From: Rhodosorus marinus CCMP1338
Lineage: Eukaryota > Plantae > Rhodophyta
DNA: 64,000 nt
Direction of reading: 5' to 3'
Assembly: GCA_029953675.1 (NCBI GenBank)
Contig: JAMWBK010000004.1
Coordinates: 1,302,001-1,366,000 of the forward strand
The number at the start of each line of letters is the position of its first letter. Position 1 is the first letter of the stretch. Positions 22,901 through 38,059 of this stretch are shown here, piece after piece. Position numbers and translations under genes: made by a program. The notes below the pieces were generated by a model. That model searched no databases and was not told where the DNA came from. It saw only the letters and a program-made list of their open reading frames with translations.

Positions 22901-24041
22901 GGTCAGGAGCACAACTGAATCACGTGCCTGTACTGCAGGAAATCATCAGAAGCCGATGTAAACTCCAATCCTCAGTCTGTGTATTCCTCTTAACTCGTCA
23001 ATCTTGATTTTATTTAAAGTCAGATCGTCAAGCTTAACGCAAATCCCTGTGTACATATAGTAAATGAGAGAAGCTTGTAGAAACGTTCAGATCCTACCAT
23101 CCGCGAGCAAGACCACAACTACTAATAATAGACAGCCTTATGTCGTTGAATGTCAATCCGATGACTACAAAAAGCAGAAGACCCGCTCAGGCCTTCTGCA
23201 TATTGTGCTAGGACGTGACAGAGCAACGCAAGCAACACGGGCGGGACACTCGGAGGACCTGGGACCGTTTTATCTCCATGCACAAATAGCGAACCATTCA
23301 GATCGCCGTAACTATCTTAAAGCTCACGTAACCCCAGCAGGCAGGGATACACCCTCAAAAAGCGACTGGAGTGCCCCCGGGGGCAGGCAGTGCACTAGCC
23401 CAGCTTCTCTAAGAAATGAAATGTAGGCGCCCAAGAATGCAACTAGCTTGAACGCGGAACTGGTTGGCGCAGGCAGGCTCGCTAAGAAAAGAACAAAAAC
23501 AAATCTAACCAATCTAGGGTTTGTGATCCCCACGGCGTTATTCCAGAACCTTTGACCGAGTTGCACTCGGTAAGAAGTACTGCCGATCGTTTTGTAGCTG
23601 GCGAAAAGGTGTCGAATAGAGATGCTCCGGAGCTTCAGCATCATCCGCAATCAGGGATTGGGAACTGAGAGTAGGTGAAGCCGGTTGATCGTGCTGCCAG
23701 CGGTGGTTGAAGGAGGAGGAAGGGACCGAGTCGAAAACTTCCAGCGAGTAATGATGAAGACTCGAGGTTTGTATGTAAAGAACGCAGTACTATGAAGTAG
23801 GAGTAGCACGAGCTAGTTGGTTTTGCCGAATTGGTTTTCGTTTGGGAAAGTGGTGTTGCTGGGAGTAGAAGGGATCGGGGAATGATCGATGCATGTATTG
23901 GGCGGCGATTTGGGGGCTGCAGCATGAGAGACTACATGTCTAAAGGTTGACTGTAGGAGCGGTGAGGGGCCCTTGCTTTGAGTTGTGTGTGTGTGGGCAG
24001 GTGTTGATCTAGAAGGGCGTTGTGGTTGGATTGAGGGATAC

Positions 24042-27000
24042 ATGGAACCAAACGGTAGTATGTCTCGGTCAGAACGACCGTCTTTCGGTGGTGTCTTCGG
24101 AGGAAAAGAACTTGGGCGTAAGATCAAGCAGCTGGAGTATGATATCGAGCAGGTCGATGGTGAAACGGTGGACAGCGGTCGCCGCTGGCAGAACTTTCAG
24201 TCCATTACAGAAGTCCTGCAGGATCCAGACTCGGGCAACCCGCCAGTGTCGGATATTTCGCTGGCTGGAGGCCCTAAAACACCGAATTTTGGGCCCGAAA
24301 TCTCTATGCAGGTTTGTTTCAGTTAGAGGAGCTTCACTCCTTGTCCCTAGGAACGGTGCGAGATCAACCTGAGCTGAACCCACTAGCCCTCTGCCTGTTT
24401 TCTTGCTTATTCAACCTTGGCAACCTACAGTCATTTGAGCCCTATTTAATGCTATTCACGCCACGATATGAAGAGTACAAATCTCTCGAAGCGTACGCGA
24501 CTGTAAAAGGCCGTGATTTGAAAAACCCTCTGCCTCAATCAACACCTCAACCGCTTCAGGAAGATATCTCATCGATCCCAAGATCATATTTTGAGGAAAA
24601 GTATTCTCTGTCGATGTCGCAGGAACTGTTCGAGGCGCAAGATCGAGATCATAAATTCTCAAGGTACTGCTCCTCTATGTGCCTACGTATCACCTTGAGA
24701 GCGATCACTTTGAATAACCAAGCGCGACTGAATTCCCAACCCTCAACCACCACTTCCACTCGCTTCAATTGTGATTCATCATCGCAGTCCCGAAGCGGTT
24801 CGACTGACCAGGGAGAAGATCGATGGATATCTATCCGTTGTGGAAAGGCAGCTATATGAGCGTGTTTTAGAGCGGAAGAAGGTACTAGAAGATGCCATGG
24901 CAAAAGTTGATTCACTACGAGAACTCATTGAGCAAGGTTGCCAAGCGGCTGTAAGTGGATTTTAATTGAAAAACAACCAGATTTTCATTGCGTTGAAACT
25001 TCAGAAGCACGGTAGACGCGGTCGGCATCATGCTCCGCAAGCGGTCACTAAGCATTAGATTTGTCGTGCTCTTCTCTGGACCGTCGTCTCATGATCTACC
25101 CCTGGTGCTGCTCGTGTACATGGCTGCGTGATGTTCTCAACTCGTGAATCTAGTCGTTGCTGAGATCACGTGTGGGCTCGGTCGTGAGCTCGTGGGAGGA
25201 GGGAGCGCTTCAGTTGTCTAGTTTATACAAACGACGGGCGAATATGCAGAAGCTGTTGGACGCTTTGAGTCGAGGGAGTGACGGTCGCGCTTCTCCCCAG
25301 CTGGTTGAGCTCTTGTTGAGAGGCTCAGACTATGCATCGGCAATGGATGCTTGCAATGCAGCACAACTTGCCCTCGTCTCTGAACACCTTCGTGAGGCGA
25401 AGGCCTTCCAACCGGCAAGGGAGCGAATTGCAGAGGCGGCCAAGCGAGTAGATGAGGGCCTCTTAGCAGACTTTGAGACGGTGGTGAAGGAAATTGAGAC
25501 ATTCGAGGGAGAGGACTTTGAGGACACGATATGCCCAATTGTGTCATCCGTGGTCAAGCTGAAGAGGTTACCACGACTGCTCAACTGGGTCAAGGAAAAC
25601 CGCGAGGCAAAGTTTAAACAGATCGTTGAGGACACTTCTGATCCAGTTGAGGCAATGCAGTTGATGAAAAATGCGATCAAGACGGCATCCAAGGTGTTTG
25701 AAACCCTGCCCAAGGAACAGGTCGTCGTTCAGTACGCGGAGACCATCTGCGGAGATGCTCAAGCCCGCGCCGCTGAGCTCGTCCGGTCGTCCCTGTACGG
25801 CGTTCGATCGCTTATAAATGATGATGCCAAAGGACTCGAAAAGGCCGCCAGCATCCTCACAGCGGGGCTCAACTTCAACAGCGAGTCCGAGTCCCTCCTT
25901 GGGGTAAGGAGGGGTAGGTTCAGCTACTTGAGGGCGGCGGCTTCGGAGCGAGTGGCCGCCTACACATCGACTCTGTACAGAGTCCATTTCGAGCGATTAA
26001 CGAAGCAGCTGAAAGCGGAACGATGGGTGGAGGTGAAAGTGCCAAAAGAGATTCAGCTCATGATCTTGGATCTCCGCGAATCAGCCACTAGTTCCTCAGC
26101 GTCTGCTTTATCGGCGGCGAAGAGGAAGGACTCCAAGAAGCCAAAGCGGGAGTACGACTTTGTGTCGCTCGATGACGACGATGAATACGACGTTGAGGAG
26201 GAGCTTGGACGTGGTGAGCTGGCCAGGATGGGAAGCAATGAAAAGCAGCGGAGTGACATGGAAAAGCTTCGAATGCTGGCCGCCACTGCTCTGGATGACT
26301 CGGAGACTGCTGAGCACCTCTACGTGGGCTCGGAGAAGTTTAAGGTGGTTGAGTCTGCGATGGAGATGGTCCGCAGCTCGGTGATGTTCGCTTCAGTCAC
26401 TCGGGTGCTGCCGTTTGGGGAGGAGCTAGGACGGAGAGTGGTGGAGCTGGTAAGAACCTTTCACGAGCTCACGAGCAAGCAGGTTCTGGGGGCGCAGGCG
26501 CTCAATACAGCGGGTCTTCGCGGTATCTCTGCGCGTCACCTTGCGTTAGCGTCTCAGAGCATTGCCATGGCACATGCGCTGCTCCCGCTACTCTCAAAGT
26601 CGATCAAGGATCACTTGCAACCAGCTGTGCGGCCAATATTTGAGCAAGGCGTGGCGTCCCTCAGCGCCGACCTCTTGAAGCATCAGCATCAAATGCTGGA
26701 TAAGATTTATATGGTCATGATGGAACGCTTTGAGTTCCAGAAAGCAGTTCTGCTACGCCTCCCGTGGCAATCGGAAGCAAAGCTTCGAGAGGAACCAAAC
26801 CCGAGTGGATACATGGAATCTCTGATGAAAGAGACGAACGTGCTCCATCGCATTCTCCTCAACATTTTGTCCAGAAAACAGCTTTTTGATGTGTATACGA
26901 GACTGGGTAGCGCGTTCGGATCCAAACTCATTGATACTTACGCCACACTGGACACTTCCAACGACTGGGTGCGACGACGCATCGCCTCAGATGTCTCCTA

Positions 27001-27721
27001 CCTGAGGTAATGAGATCTCCACCACAAGCCACAACTGTGAAGCAACCGTGAAGTCTCGATGGCCTGCTTGTGCTGCATGCTCAAACTTCTCCCTTGTGCA
27101 GGTTGAAACTGCTTGCAATGGAGGCGGTCATTTCTACCTCAGATGTACATACGATGGAGTCAGTTGAGGAGCTTTACGCGCAGCACTGTCCAGACAGAGC
27201 ACAAGCTAGTAAGCAAAGCACAGGTATGAAACTGGAGCTTGATCTTTTCAAAGTTTTGCGGACGGGACATTGCCAAAAAGTGACCTAACCGCCATGAGGA
27301 AGATTCTTTTCTTGTATCTCTAGTCTCCGCAGTCGCCAAGAAAACGGAAAAGGGGATCCGCGCGGAGGAAACCATCGAGCACTTCACCACTGATCCCGTA
27401 GTAGAAGAAACAGAGGAGTTGAGTACGACTGAGGAGAACGTCGGCCTTAAGGTCCAGGAGACACCCCCTGACGAACCTCAGCCAACGCCAGGTTCGACCA
27501 GTTTGGATGAGGACGTTCCAGAGGAAACTGAGGATGTACCAAACGAGACGGGTCCATCTTGGAGCCAAGCCACGAATAGCGAGGGCAAGGACTCCAGCGG
27601 TCCGATGGAGGCCCTTCAGGGAAATCCGCCTCGCTCCGAATCGAAACCAGGAGAACGTTTTCTTGAAGACGAGCTGAACGCTGGGGAACCGGAGCCTCGG
27701 AACCCTGAAAAATCAACTTGA
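24042..27721 (+). CDS. VPS54: GARP complex subunit Vps54, multi-exon
   Basis: QNFQSITEVLQDP, FEPYL, IPRSYFEEKYSL, GYLSVVERQL, and C-terminal FHELTSKQVLGAQA..ITARHLALASQ-type block (ISARHLALASQS); acidic low-complexity tail in last exon. Confidence 0.85.
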
Positions 27722-27964
27722 ACTTGAGGTTGGCTGCGGCCTGTTCTCTAGAAACGGGTTACAAGAAGAGTACTCTTAACGGACCGGGCCAGAGAAGTGT
27801 TTATGACCATCTGGATAACTTAGGGTTGCCGATTGCGCTCAATACTGAGGTCGCCGCCCAATTGTGAATAAAGGAATTCTTAACTGAACTGGCTAGGGAA
27901 AAGCCCGAAATGGCATTCGTAGAGTTCATGAGGTCGAGAATGCTCCGACTCCGCTCAGGCTTGG

Positions 27965-28350
27965 GCCGCCTAGGTGTCACTCAGCTTGGGGACTGGTACC
28001 TACGAGAGGCACCGAATAGGATTGTTCATGCGAATCGCTGCCTAGCAAGGCGGCCGTAGACCCGAACAGAAGCATCACCCCTATGTTCAACAAGCGTTTT
28101 CCATTTTTTCTCTCCACTGGATAGTTTCATTAACATATGTGCAATTCGAACGAGAGAGCCGCCTAGGTGTCACTCAGCTTGGGGACTGGTACCTACGAGA
28201 GGCACCGAATAGGATTGTTCATGCGAATCGCTGCCTCGCAAGGCGGCCGTAGACCCGAACAGAAGCATCACCCCTATGTTCAACAAGCGTTTTCCATTTT
28301 TTCTCTCCACTGGATAGTTTCATTAACATATGTGCAATTCGAACGAGAGA
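27965..28350. repeat. Two-copy 193-bp direct tandem duplication
   Basis: 27965-28157 and 28158-28350 are identical except one substitution (cctagcaagg / cctcgcaagg). Confidence 0.9.
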
Positions 28351-28868
28351 ATTAACGAATTCGTTACAAAGTCCATTCGATCAACAAAGGCCCGCAGTGC
28401 ATTCCACACCTCAGTCCTGAGCTGGTAGTAGCTCTTGGGCAGCGACGGGTCTCTCGCCTCGGGGGCTGAAATAGGCGAGTCAAAGGCACAGCTTAAAATC
28501 GGTATGGATCTCAACATAGCAGTTGCCCACTTTCCAAACCTCTGCCTCCTTGGCCAGGGTTCGCCCCGGACCTTGAAGCGCCTGAAACGTGCTGCCAACG
28601 CACAACTGGCGAGCAGCGCTCACAACCGCTCCAACTGATACCAGAACGTCGTCGTAGGCTGGATCCTTCCCACATCCTCTACCAAACATTGGATGAACGG
28701 ACCTTCTTCACAACTTGAAATACTACTAAAAGCACTCTTTGGTGTCCTCTCCCGCACTAGCTATTTTCAAATGGAAGTCTTCCTATTCACAGATACTTCA
28801 ATCATCAGTAGTTTCCACATCTCACGTAGGAAGCTCTTCTCGGACCCAGACGAGATTTGATTCCCTGT

Positions 28869-30225
28869 TCACGTCAACAGTCTCAGCTCGGGGGGAACAT
28901 TCTCAAGTCTCTCATCAAGGAAGACTTCTCGATTCCCGTCGGCGAACCCTTCCTCCTGACTCTCTTCCTCCTTTGGTACTGATGGGACAACTTCCACTTT
29001 GCAAACTGGGCAGGTCTTATTCTCTCGCAACCAACTGTCCACGCACCGGACATGGAATACATGGTCACACCTGTATCAAATGACAGCGCCACCAAAACGA
29101 ATTGAAGGCATTCAGTGACCGGCTGTCCCAACTGCGCCCATTTGTCTGAAAGCGGTAAGAAAAAAATATCCCTACCTCAACCTGCGAACCACCTCATCTT
29201 CCAGAAGATCCTCCAGACAAATTGAACATGCCTTTTCTTCATCCAATCGCTCCTGGTCATGTGTACAAACATTTTCGGTCGGAATCGAGTCTAGCTCTTC
29301 CTCAGTAAGACCTTTGATAACCTTTCCCATGTGCTCTTCAAGGGCAAGCATCTCTTCATACGTTAAATCATCTATGAACTCCAGAACTCTTATCTGCTGA
29401 GCTGCAGTTGGGTGCGGGCCTGAGCCAAAAAGTGACCTAGATAGTGTCCAAGGAATCACGGATGACAGAAATATGGAACATTCAGCGTCTCAACTCTATG
29501 TGGTTTCCGGAACTAAATAGGGGGAAAGGCTCTTCCCCCGCTTACCGATTTCGTCTCCGCACGTTCCATCCTCGCGATAACGACCACCTCTGCCTCCCGT
29601 ACATCGTTCTTCTAAATCCACCTCTTCGTAAATGGCGTCGATCGTGCTGACGAGTCTCGATATCCTCAAACGTCTCAAACGAAGAGCGCCATAGTTCATA
29701 AAATAAGGAAGACTCAACAATTCCTACCAGGGACTCTCCCCGTTCATATGAATCTGTCGGTTTCCAAACAGTTCAACAAGCATAAGGGTTTTCAGTTCCA
29801 CAACAGCAAAAAAAATAACCGTCAAACACGTCGAGGATTCCATGTCGAGAACAAGCTCCTTAGGCTTGCGTCCATAAAGCTCAACACCCAAAACGGGACA
29901 TGACCAGAGCATGAGATTGCTTACCCCGACCAGAACGCGCAGAAAGAATTGAACCATCCACTGGGAAAACCGGAGTATCAACACTTTCGTTCTCTTGCGA
30001 CGCATCATCATATCCCGAATTCCCATTGAATACCTCACCAGGCGAATTATCGGCATCTGTACTTAAGTCTCGACTAGGCCCCGCGGCTGCTTTTTTCCTT
30101 CTAAACACAGACCTAGTCTTCGACAGCACGTTCGAAAAAGACATTCTTCTCTGCCCGCGTCCCCTCTCATCCAATCTCTTGCTATCCATTAAAACCTCCC
30201 ACGAAGCAACTCGCAACCTTCGCAA
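28869..30225 (-). CDS. RING-H2 E3 ubiquitin ligase (Big Brother/MBR-like C-terminus), multi-exon
   Basis: [19 protein letters not shown], then CSICLEDL...LR|[24 protein letters not shown] across a GT-AG intron (about 29071-29175). Confidence 0.85.
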
Positions 30226-32904
30226 TCCGCGCCAACGCTCGTTCTAAACCACAAACCCACACCTTTTCCCACTAAAGCAAACTCACAATTTCCTCCCTTT
30301 CAAAGCACACCTAAACACAGTTTCTCGCGGAGAAAAATGCATAACAACGCCCATCAAGCTTCCCCCCACTTCCCAATTAAATGAAATCCATTTACCCCCT
30401 ACCTCTTACTGCCTTCCTCTCCTCTCCTCTCCTCCCTTCTCCCCCCTCGCCACCCGTTTCCAACCCTCCCTCATCGTAAATCTCACGACATTACTCACTT
30501 TCACGCTTTCCTCTGCCTCCAAAAACAAACTCCAATAGCCTCATATCCGAAGTTTCGAACTTCTAAATCATCTCTAAATCCCCAAAATATCCTAAATCTC
30601 TAAATTCCGTCCTAAACAGGCGAAAAGGGGAGTGCTTACACACAAACTTCCACCTATCTGGTCCTTTTCCTGTAAGGTATTCAATCAATGAACGTGAATG
30701 ATGATTAGATTTCAGTCTTTATCGTGGGAACGGAAGGCTGTCTGCAAATTGAGAATTCTGAACAACAGAATTGGGGCATACGGGGAGCAAAAGCGTTCCG
30801 CAACTTAGTATAAGAAAGCAGACAGAAAAGAGTGGAGGGCACAGGAGAAGAACACTCAACGGAAAGGCAAAGCTCATAGTGACCACCGCAAAGCCCTCTG
30901 ATCTTTCTCCAGTTGCTTCGATCGGCGTTCAGGAGGTCGCAGTGGAAATGGCTTGGGAATTTTTGCCAAAAGGGCATCAATCTACTTTTCTTTAGATTCT
31001 CTGTAGGATTGACACCCCAAAAGTCCGCAAATATGCACGGAGGCTCTCAGCGGCTGCCGCCTGCACTGAAGGATGGAAGATCGATTCCAATCTTCCGCTT
31101 ACAGCAACAGGCTGAGCAAACTGGGACCTAAGCTAAACAGCACGATCTGGCAAGAATACGCAGAGATTGCGATAGGAGCTCTGCGTACGGATCGGCTGGA
31201 CAATGGTGGTGGTTTTGGTGACAATCCTCTGGTCTTTACACGCACGAGGCCCCGTTAAGCAGGGTTAGTCTGCCCTTTACCCTTTGATAGTGTTCAGCAG
31301 GCAGCGCATATTTCACCCAGACCATAGCCTCTTTTGTTACCCTTCGCCCTCGGGGGGGATCCAAATACATGCGATGAAATTGAGATTCCCTCAGTGCCCA
31401 TGACGGTTTTTGTGTATGTTCTCCACATACTTCGGGAACTGGGATGATGATCAGCAGTTCTTCCCCCTCCCCCTTTTTGGCAGTTGACTTTATGAAGGGT
31501 TCTGCTTATAGGGTAAACCCCAAATGGCAGTGAAATTACTCTTGAATAAATTATTATTTATGAAGGGTTTTTTCTTTTGCTAGAACAGTTTTAGGGAGGG
31601 TAGGCTTCTGTCAGGAAAAAGTTGGGGTGCGTTGAAGAGGGGGGGGGGGGTAGGGGATGCGTTTTGAGTATTTTCTTGGATGATTGGTTGGCGCTGGCAT
31701 CTTTTTCCCTCACAGGATTCCCAAACGGATTTTTTTTCGTACTGTTTTATTGTATCGCCTGTCATGCCAGGTCCCCATTCGAGAAAGAAACCCAGCGCCT
31801 TGACAAAAAGTGCGCATGTGAAGTCCAGTTTGACAATAATCAGGAATACTGTTATTAATACGAATAAACAAATTAGGCTTACGTGGAAAACGTCAACACA
31901 ACGTAAAAGGGGGAGAGGGGGGTAGATTCGTTTCACTGTCTTGTTGCCCACCCACTAAAACGTTAAGCTGTTCTTCTTGCTGAACCCTGCTTAACGTTTT
32001 ATACGATATAGAAGAAGGAGGAATTAATTTATAAAATTTCAAGCTCGAAAGAAGGCCATATTTTTGTGTTACATGAATGCTTGATAGAAACCCTACTTCC
32101 TGAGTTCGCCGAGCATGCTTCAAAATTTTAATTTTGTTTCTGTAAAAAAAGAAGAGACACATTCAGCCAACAGAAACTTGTACTAATGGAAACACTCGGA
32201 GACACTTTGAATTCTGTTAAATACAATTACAATATGGATGGAGAGTCATTATGCATCTGCTGGCGTGGGGTCCTGGGTCGCGATCGAGTTGCTGTTGTTG
32301 TGGGTCTGCCGTAGTGAGAGCGATGAAGGAGGCCACGAAGGCAAACGTGGCGAAATCCACCTTCGCAAAGAAATCGTCCGCAGTTACGGAGCGCTGACGC
32401 AGGTTCTATATATTTGTTAATGAACTATAATCGTGATTTCGTCAGGAAGAGCGGGTACCTTGTATAAGCAAAGCGTCGAGCACTGTTAGTTTCAGCGATG
32501 AAAGTAGGGCGATTGTTGAGAGATCTCAATTCTCGGGATGCGACGCTGATTGACCGGCCCGTCCAGAGCAGAAAAATGAACGTATGCATTATATGGTAGT
32601 GCTGCTGCGGATCCGGGACGACCACCCTCATGCCGTTTCCATGGTATTCCTTCGTTGATTAATAGGACCAAAACGGTACGGCACATGTACTAACTGCGTT
32701 CTGATATCCAACGAGATGAACTTCTGATTTGGGTGGGGTAAATCATCGTGCTGCAGCGACGGTGGCAAATTGCGTCCTGTTAAGCAGCAGACATGGAGCG
32801 ATCCAGAAACGCCCTTTTTGCCAAAAAGTAGAAGCTATTTATACACTGTACATACAATCCTAGAATTCCCATTCCATGGGCAGCTTTGCCCATTGATCGA
32901 GCGT

Positions 32905-35900
32905 CTAAACCAACTTTGAATACGAGGATGGGGCAAATCTGCGCTGCAAGCACTTTCCGAGGTAAATTGGCACACAAGAAACTAGCGTGACGATCAGTAC
33001 CCTGAGCAGGAAGTTCCATGAGAAAACTACCGACCGGTCGAACACAGTTGGCAGTACTAGGACGCAAATCAGATAGCAGACCATGCCTGCATACAAAGAA
33101 CACATGAACAATTGTAAGCAAGAAAACCAAATACCTACCAGTGTCAGTTGAAACCCTTGGGCAGAACGTACTGAAAGCTTCCGCCAAGATCATCAGGTAA
33201 TGCCACTTGTGAATCTCCGCAGCGATCATGATCAGCTCCGTGAAGACAAGTGCAGAAAACGAGATTGCTGATAGATGCATCGTCGTGAAGTAGTGGTCGT
33301 CCCACAGAACAAATATGGATATAACCTGTTGGATTCATTCAAGCCTAGTTCGTGAGCAACTTTCACCGCAACACAGCACTCGCTGCACAGCTCGCAGTGC
33401 TTCTGGGGTCATACCATAATAACGGTCCCCTGATACACGGACTTGAAAACCCACGTAAGGAACGACTTTGTGTTCAGGCTGCGACCCTTGCGCAGTTCGC
33501 GATACAGCTCCGGGTATGTATCAGCAACCCACTGCACAAGGCCATGGGGAACAAAAAAGTACGAGGTTTAGAAGTGAGAAATGCGCGCTGGCTATGATGC
33601 AGGCGAGAGTCGGGAACCGCGATAGGTCATGGGCTTACCTCGCTTATATCCTCGTCAAGGACAAGACTAAAAACTGGGAGCATGGTAAAGAGCGTGGCGT
33701 ACCCAACTTGAATCCAACTATTGTACACCGCAACAGCCGCATAATAGTACATAGCACAATGAACCTGCGCACAGGAATTTGGATAACGAAACTCAAATAC
33801 TTTAGCTTGTCCAGGGTGGGGATCCGCGTGAAGCAAGGACCAACTTACGATTTGAATTGTAGCAATGATGAGTCCACGATGCACAATGAACTGGGACAAT
33901 CTCGCCGCCCGCTTGTACGAATTTCTCCCATGCCAAAGGAGGAGACGGTTGAGGTGCGAAAAAGTAAGGATTGAAAAGTCCGCTGCGAGAGATGCTTGCT
34001 GCCCTTCCTTTCCCGGAATGCCAATCCCAACATTTGCCCTTTGAATCATGGAGACGTCGTTGCCCCCGTCCCCAATAGCCGCGACACGTTTGTTCATTTG
34101 GTTCTGGACCAGCCTGGCGATTGCTGCTTTTTGAGTGGGCGAACATCGGCAAGCAACTGCGGAAGACGCGCGACACATTAGCTCCATGAACTCGTGGGGG
34201 TAGTTGTCAAGCATAATCTGAAGCGAGCTGCCGTCAACCACCACGACATCTTCCCCATTCCTCCTTCGCAGGGCGTTCAACCTCTTCGACGCGTCCGCAA
34301 CGGACGCGAGTCCGGTGATTGTGAAGAACTGTTGGCTTCTCTCCGCTAGTCTCGAGCTCACCGCAATGCATACCGCCGTCTCGACCTGGTATTGAAAACA
34401 TGTGACACGGATTAGCAACATATTTTCCCGCCATTCGAACTTGCAGCGGAGCTCATCGACGCTAGCAATCTAGAGCGAGCTCCTTGTTGACACTTTTTCC
34501 TCTACCCGGTCGAGCCTCATACCTTGTCACCGGTCAACATCCAGATTCGAATACCCGCGTGCCTGAGCTTCTCCAAACTTTCCCGCACGTTGTCTTGCAG
34601 CTTGTCTTCTACACCAGTCAATCCGACGAGTTCCAACGCACGCTCTATGCTACTCTGCGCAGCAGCCATTGCCTCCTTTCGATTATGCCTCTGCGTTCGA
34701 GCCTCAGTCCACATATCCTCAAAGGTACGGAAGGTTTCCTCGTCGAGTGTTCTCTTCCCGTAGACAAGTGTCCTCAGTCCCTATTTCAAAGCGAAGAATG
34801 TCATTGAGGATTCACGAGCGATTGAGACACAGATGCTGGCATGCATGGACGTCCATTTCAGACACTTACGTCTCTGGCAAGGTTTCCGCACTCCTCATCG
34901 AGCCAGTCGTTGTACTTGACGATCTTAGCCATAATCGAATCCGCACCCTTCACGTAGAACTGTATTTGCCGTGAGTGGCTTTCCCGGACGATGATGCCCA
35001 TGCGCTTTGCCTCTGACGTGAACGGAAACTCGTACAAGATCTCGTAAATGACTTCATTCCCCGTCGGAGTACGCAATCGAATGGTATTCTGCGTTCGCTC
35101 CAGGAGAACGATGCCAACAGACTCCACAAACCTGACGAGCGCTATCTCATCCGGGGACTAAGTTGGGTTTTCCAAATACGAAGCGCAAGCGGACAGGTTT
35201 CAGAGACTCTTGCAAATTCCCGTGAAGCGTAAAATCAAGGAGGCCCCGAACTACTCACAGACGCCTGCATCGTTCTCTGGCCGTGCTCCTCTGCGGGTGT
35301 TACATTGTGCGCAATAGCAATAGCCAACAGTACGTCTCTGACTGCATTCTGTATCCTTCGCTGAGGATTTGCACGTCTACCAGCCGCCTCTTCGCTGAGA
35401 TAAGGCGTAACGTCCACCGAAGAAGGCTCAATGCGCCTACTAGGAGCTCCACCGTCACCTCCAAAGGCGGCTTGTGCGATGGAAGCGAGTTCACCTTCGT
35501 TCTCCCTTCCGAACAAAGCCAGGCCGATATGGAGTTTCTTCATCTCCATATCGTTCTGGGTCAGAGTTCCCGTCTTATCCGATAGGAGATAATCTACGCG
35601 ACCAAGCTCCTCCGGCAGATTGGACGACCTAGATTCGGTAGTCAACATGATCCACACATGGGTCTTCTAAGAAGCGGTTCTGGTCTTGTCCTGAAGAGGT
35701 AGCAGTGGTGGGCAACAATCACCTGACTAGACAACCGGGCATCTTTGCCTCGTCGTGTTGCATAAAATACGAGTAGACGACCCTGGCCAAGTCCAGATTC
35801 ACCCTCATCGCGAGAGGAATCATATAGGCGAGTAGGAGGAAGTAGCGCAGGAAGTAAATGCCAAAGTTGGGGTAGAATCCCCGAAGACAGGCTAACGTGA

Positions 35901-37639
35901 ACGAAAAGCCGATAAGCAGCATGAACAGAAGTTTAGACATGAAATTGACCTCCAGATCCAGTGTGCCGACTTTCGATCCCGGTTGAGACGTGTTCAGCAC
36001 TGCTCGCGTCTCTGGTCCGGTATAGACAACCATGCAGATCACCGTGCCAGATGCGACGACGGTATTCATCCACAGAGTGTTCTCCAAAGTCAACGGCTCT
36101 ACGTCGCTGTTCGCCTACGACAAGATAAAACAGGAGCCTTGAGATGAACGTACGATAACACTTGTACTCCTATGCCGCCCTAGTGGACGTTAGTGGCGGC
36201 GTCCTTACCGCATAAAAGTTGCCTGTGAAGTCATAGATCTCCTTGTGTGGTTTCTCCACATACACTGAACCACCACAATAGACAACGTCGACATCGTGAT
36301 CCAACTTTCGAGTAGCGTTTACAGCGCGGCGGACCTTCCAATCCGTTTCACCGTCCAACTGGTCGGTCCTAATAAAGACTGACTCACTCACATCTTCAGA
36401 TTGCCCACAAACCCTTAACAAAACACAATCCGCTGGCACTCTCTCATCACAATCTTCGTCAACAGAAGAAAAAGAAAACCATGCGCATTCAGTGGTATTC
36501 AATTGGACCCAACATTTGGAAGAAATCTGGCCACAGACGGGGCCCAGGATACGGAGATTCGATCGAGACTTGATCCAATCTCCCTCCTCTGAAACGATGC
36601 TTACCCAGTTGAAGAACATCTCCGACGCAAATATCTCGACTTCTAACTTTCACTTTCTTTACAAATCCATCGCTGATAGATGAAATGTGCTCTTCGGTTC
36701 TCTCATACACAGCATCTTCCGACTTAACCAACAGTGTATACTCGTAGCTGTTCACCTGGACGAGAGACAGGCGAGTCGAATCCAGATCCATCAGTCAGAA
36801 TGCGTCGGGAGGATAGGGTTGGTCGAGTACTCCTGATACCTGACGATCACGCTTGATACGAAGCAGTTCATCACTTGCTTCTTTGGCCATTGAAGCGAGT
36901 ACAACAAAGGATAGTGGGCCCATGTATGTCCATACAAATCCAACGCGGAGGAGTGGGATGAACTGGGAGATGGCTATCATGAGGTAAAACATGTTGTAGA
37001 ACATTGAAAACTGTTGAATCAAGACCTTGGGAAGGAAGCTCAGAAGCTGCGTGATTACGAAACACAAGACCGGGCTCAGTTCTGGTTCACTTCCTTCGCC
37101 TTGAGATAGTCAGGTAGTCACTTACTGAATACTTTTGGTTGCATATCGCGTTACTTCCACGTCGACGATATGTATTCCACTGTCCTCTTCTCCTCATCCA
37201 TCTCCTCCGGCCCTCAAGTGGACGACCGGCGTCGTCGAGAACATTTTCCGTCCCCAGCTGAACGAAAAATTTGCACAGATAAACAGGTATGAACGAACTC
37301 ATGAGCATTCGTCTTCCGAGTCAAAAAAAGCGACGATGAAACCGAGAAGTGGATACGTACGTGGATCGTTCTAGCCTTCAGATTCTTCTTTATCTTAAAC
37401 AGCGCCTTCAACCTGGTCGACCATTTCACGCCTGCCCGTGGCTGCCAGTAACGAAAGCAAGTAATTTTCAGAATAATCTGCACTAATAATGCTAACACTC
37501 ATACAGCACATCCTACCATTCTACTACTTTCCTGCATCTCATCCTCCCATCGGAGCTCCTCCTCAAGATGCTCCCTTTCGACTGATGAAGCAGACGCCGT
37601 GCTGGGACTTCTTGGGTGTCCATATCTTCTCAAACCCAT
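32905..37639 (-). CDS. ATP9: P4-ATPase phospholipid flippase, ATP9/NEO1 subclass, multi-exon
   Basis: [73 protein letters not shown]-terminal [11 protein letters not shown]; start codon approximate. Confidence 0.92.
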
Positions 37640-38059
37640 AGAGCAAAACAGCGAACAGAAACGAAGCAAAACCCACTCTTCTTTCAACAACCAGCCAGTC
37701 AAAAAAAAACACAAAAACAAAGGAGACCGGAAAACACAGCAAAAAGCAACTCCTACCTCGCGCGAAGATCCCGCATTCCGGCGGAGGATCAAAAGCATTA
37801 ACTAGAACGAAATTAATCTCTACCCCTTCCTTTCCAACCATCAAGACTAAACAAAAAAAATGTTGTTCGGCCTTCCAAATCCATAGACCTCAACCACACT
37901 AGCATAAATAGCTTTGTCAACAACCAGCAGTCCCTGAATCTCATGACCATAAACAGCACTAGCACTGACCCATCAACACTGTCGCTTATCAGACCAATCC
38001 ATAAATCCAGAAAGGCACAAGATCCATTAATTATCCATACAAACCAAGGTTTTCTTAAG

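Noticed and set aside
23324-23925. Minus-strand ORFs divergent from VPS54
   Set aside because: No recognisable domain and no consistent splice model.
30771-31258. ALRTDRLDNGGGF resembling a copia integrase motif
   Set aside because: Spacing is wrong and no other integrase or RT motifs are nearby.
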